Source of the DNA: Lobosporangium transversale
Lineage: Eukaryota
DNA length: 64,000 nucleotides
Reading direction: 5' to 3'
Assembly (NCBI RefSeq): GCF_002105155.1
Contig: NW_019029012.1
Coordinates: forward strand, 124,001 to 188,000
Numbering within the stretch: position 1 is the first letter of the stretch; every line of letters begins with the position of its first letter. The notes under the pieces were generated by a model that ran no database searches, was not told where the DNA came from, and was given only the letters and a program-made list of their open reading frames with translations. Positions 62,900-64,000 of this stretch are shown one piece after another. The translations under genes and the position numbers were made by a program.

Positions 62900-64000
62900 C
62901 TACTTGATGCTCTTCACTTTCTTCTTCTAAATGGCTTTGTTCAAATAGAATGTCGCTTTTATAAATTCATCCCAGTGGTCAAATTGAGACGCTGCCGATG
63001 ATATTGTCTCTAATGAAACATCTCCATCAGCGGATATTGATTCGAAAGCCAGCGGCACGGGTAAAAGCTAGATACCATCCCATAGCATAGAACAAAGAAA
63101 ACGTCAGAGAAATTTCTATATACTGTTTATGTATAATATATACAAGTAATATATATAAAGAGAATAATTAAACATCCATATAGAAAACACCAACAAGTAC
63201 CTTGAGCTCTTGCTTCCTAACTAAGCCATACTGATCGATCATGTCAGAAGCGATTAGAGGCAAGCCGTGGTAGTCGAAAATACCGGTCGTCTTGAAAAGA
63301 ACACTTTTCAATGTATGCGTGATTGCCACTCCTCGAAGGCCCACCTGAGAACCAGGAGGTGTTGATGATATGTCTTGAAATGAGAAGAAGTTAGGGCATT
63401 GAAGTCTATTCGAAAATGGTAATGTTGTCTGATCCATCAGGTTCTTCAAGATGGGGGACTCTATCTCGAGCTTAGTCGTCAATTGACTTCTAATCTGCAC
63501 ATCCGTAGGCTGGCCTAGCATCATAAAGTTGGCGACGATCCTTTTGTTAATCGAGCTTCCACCTTTCATAAATAACTCGCCCTCATGATTCAGCTGATAG
63601 CTTAGATGGACCGGGTCTAGTTTTGGTTTATCCAGTGAGTTTAAAGAAGACTGTGCAAAACATGATGATAGGATGTATTCTGCCTCGATAGTCCTAGTCT
63701 TTGGTGACACTAATGGTAACTTTGCTACAGCTTTGAAGAACGGTAGACTTTAAAAAAGTAAAAGGCAAACCTTGGTAAGCTAGAGGGCACTACATTTCAA
63801 AACATCGAAAGAAGACACACGCTCCCAGTACCTTTCAAAGAAATAAGGGGCTTCAGCATCCTTTAGCCACTCTTCTAGCATCAGCATATCAAAGGATTTT
63901 GAAAGCGGAAGGCAAGTCATTTTCCTTTCCTTGTTTTGAAAGAGTACCTGGCCGAAATGTGATGATAGTTCAAATTTTTGGGTTGCTGTTTGTGCCTCAT
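62900..64000 (-). CDS. 3' part of an uncharacterised protein (5' end outside the window); weak resemblance to mitochondrial Sls1-like C-terminus
   Basis: Exons 64000-~63832 (..FELSSHFGQVLFQ..), ~63747-63201 and 63067-62900 splice in frame to a TAG at 62900. The Sls1 idea rests only on the FGQVLF motif. Confidence 0.6.

Overview
Eukaryotic, intron-rich fungal DNA with GT-AG introns, CTAAC-type branch sites and many long poly(A)/poly(T) tracts. The gene families suggest Mortierellomycota (Mortierellaceae-like), which is an inference. All well-supported genes lie on the minus strand. The left ~44.5 kb is a fast-evolving duplicated region. It contains (i) a long RNI-type LRR protein whose N-terminal part resembles the C-terminal domain of Roco/TORNADO1 proteins, (ii) three tandem 12-exon genes for large TRP-like cation channels with a disordered N-tail, a candidate beta-sandwich module and WD40-like propellers, and (iii) two ABCC/MRP transporters. 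The ABCC pair arose from a tandem duplication of a [TRP-ABCC-SDR] block with reciprocal loss, leaving one TRP relic and one SDR relic. The right part holds an SDR dehydrogenase, a PILS/auxin-efflux-family transporter, CTF18, a probably domesticated and catalytically degenerate pogo/CENP-B-like transposase with an added Q/P-rich N-terminus, and the 3' end of an uncharacterised gene. There are also two AT-rich fold-back (MITE-like) elements. Exon boundaries were read by eye and family calls come from motif recognition; no database searches were run.
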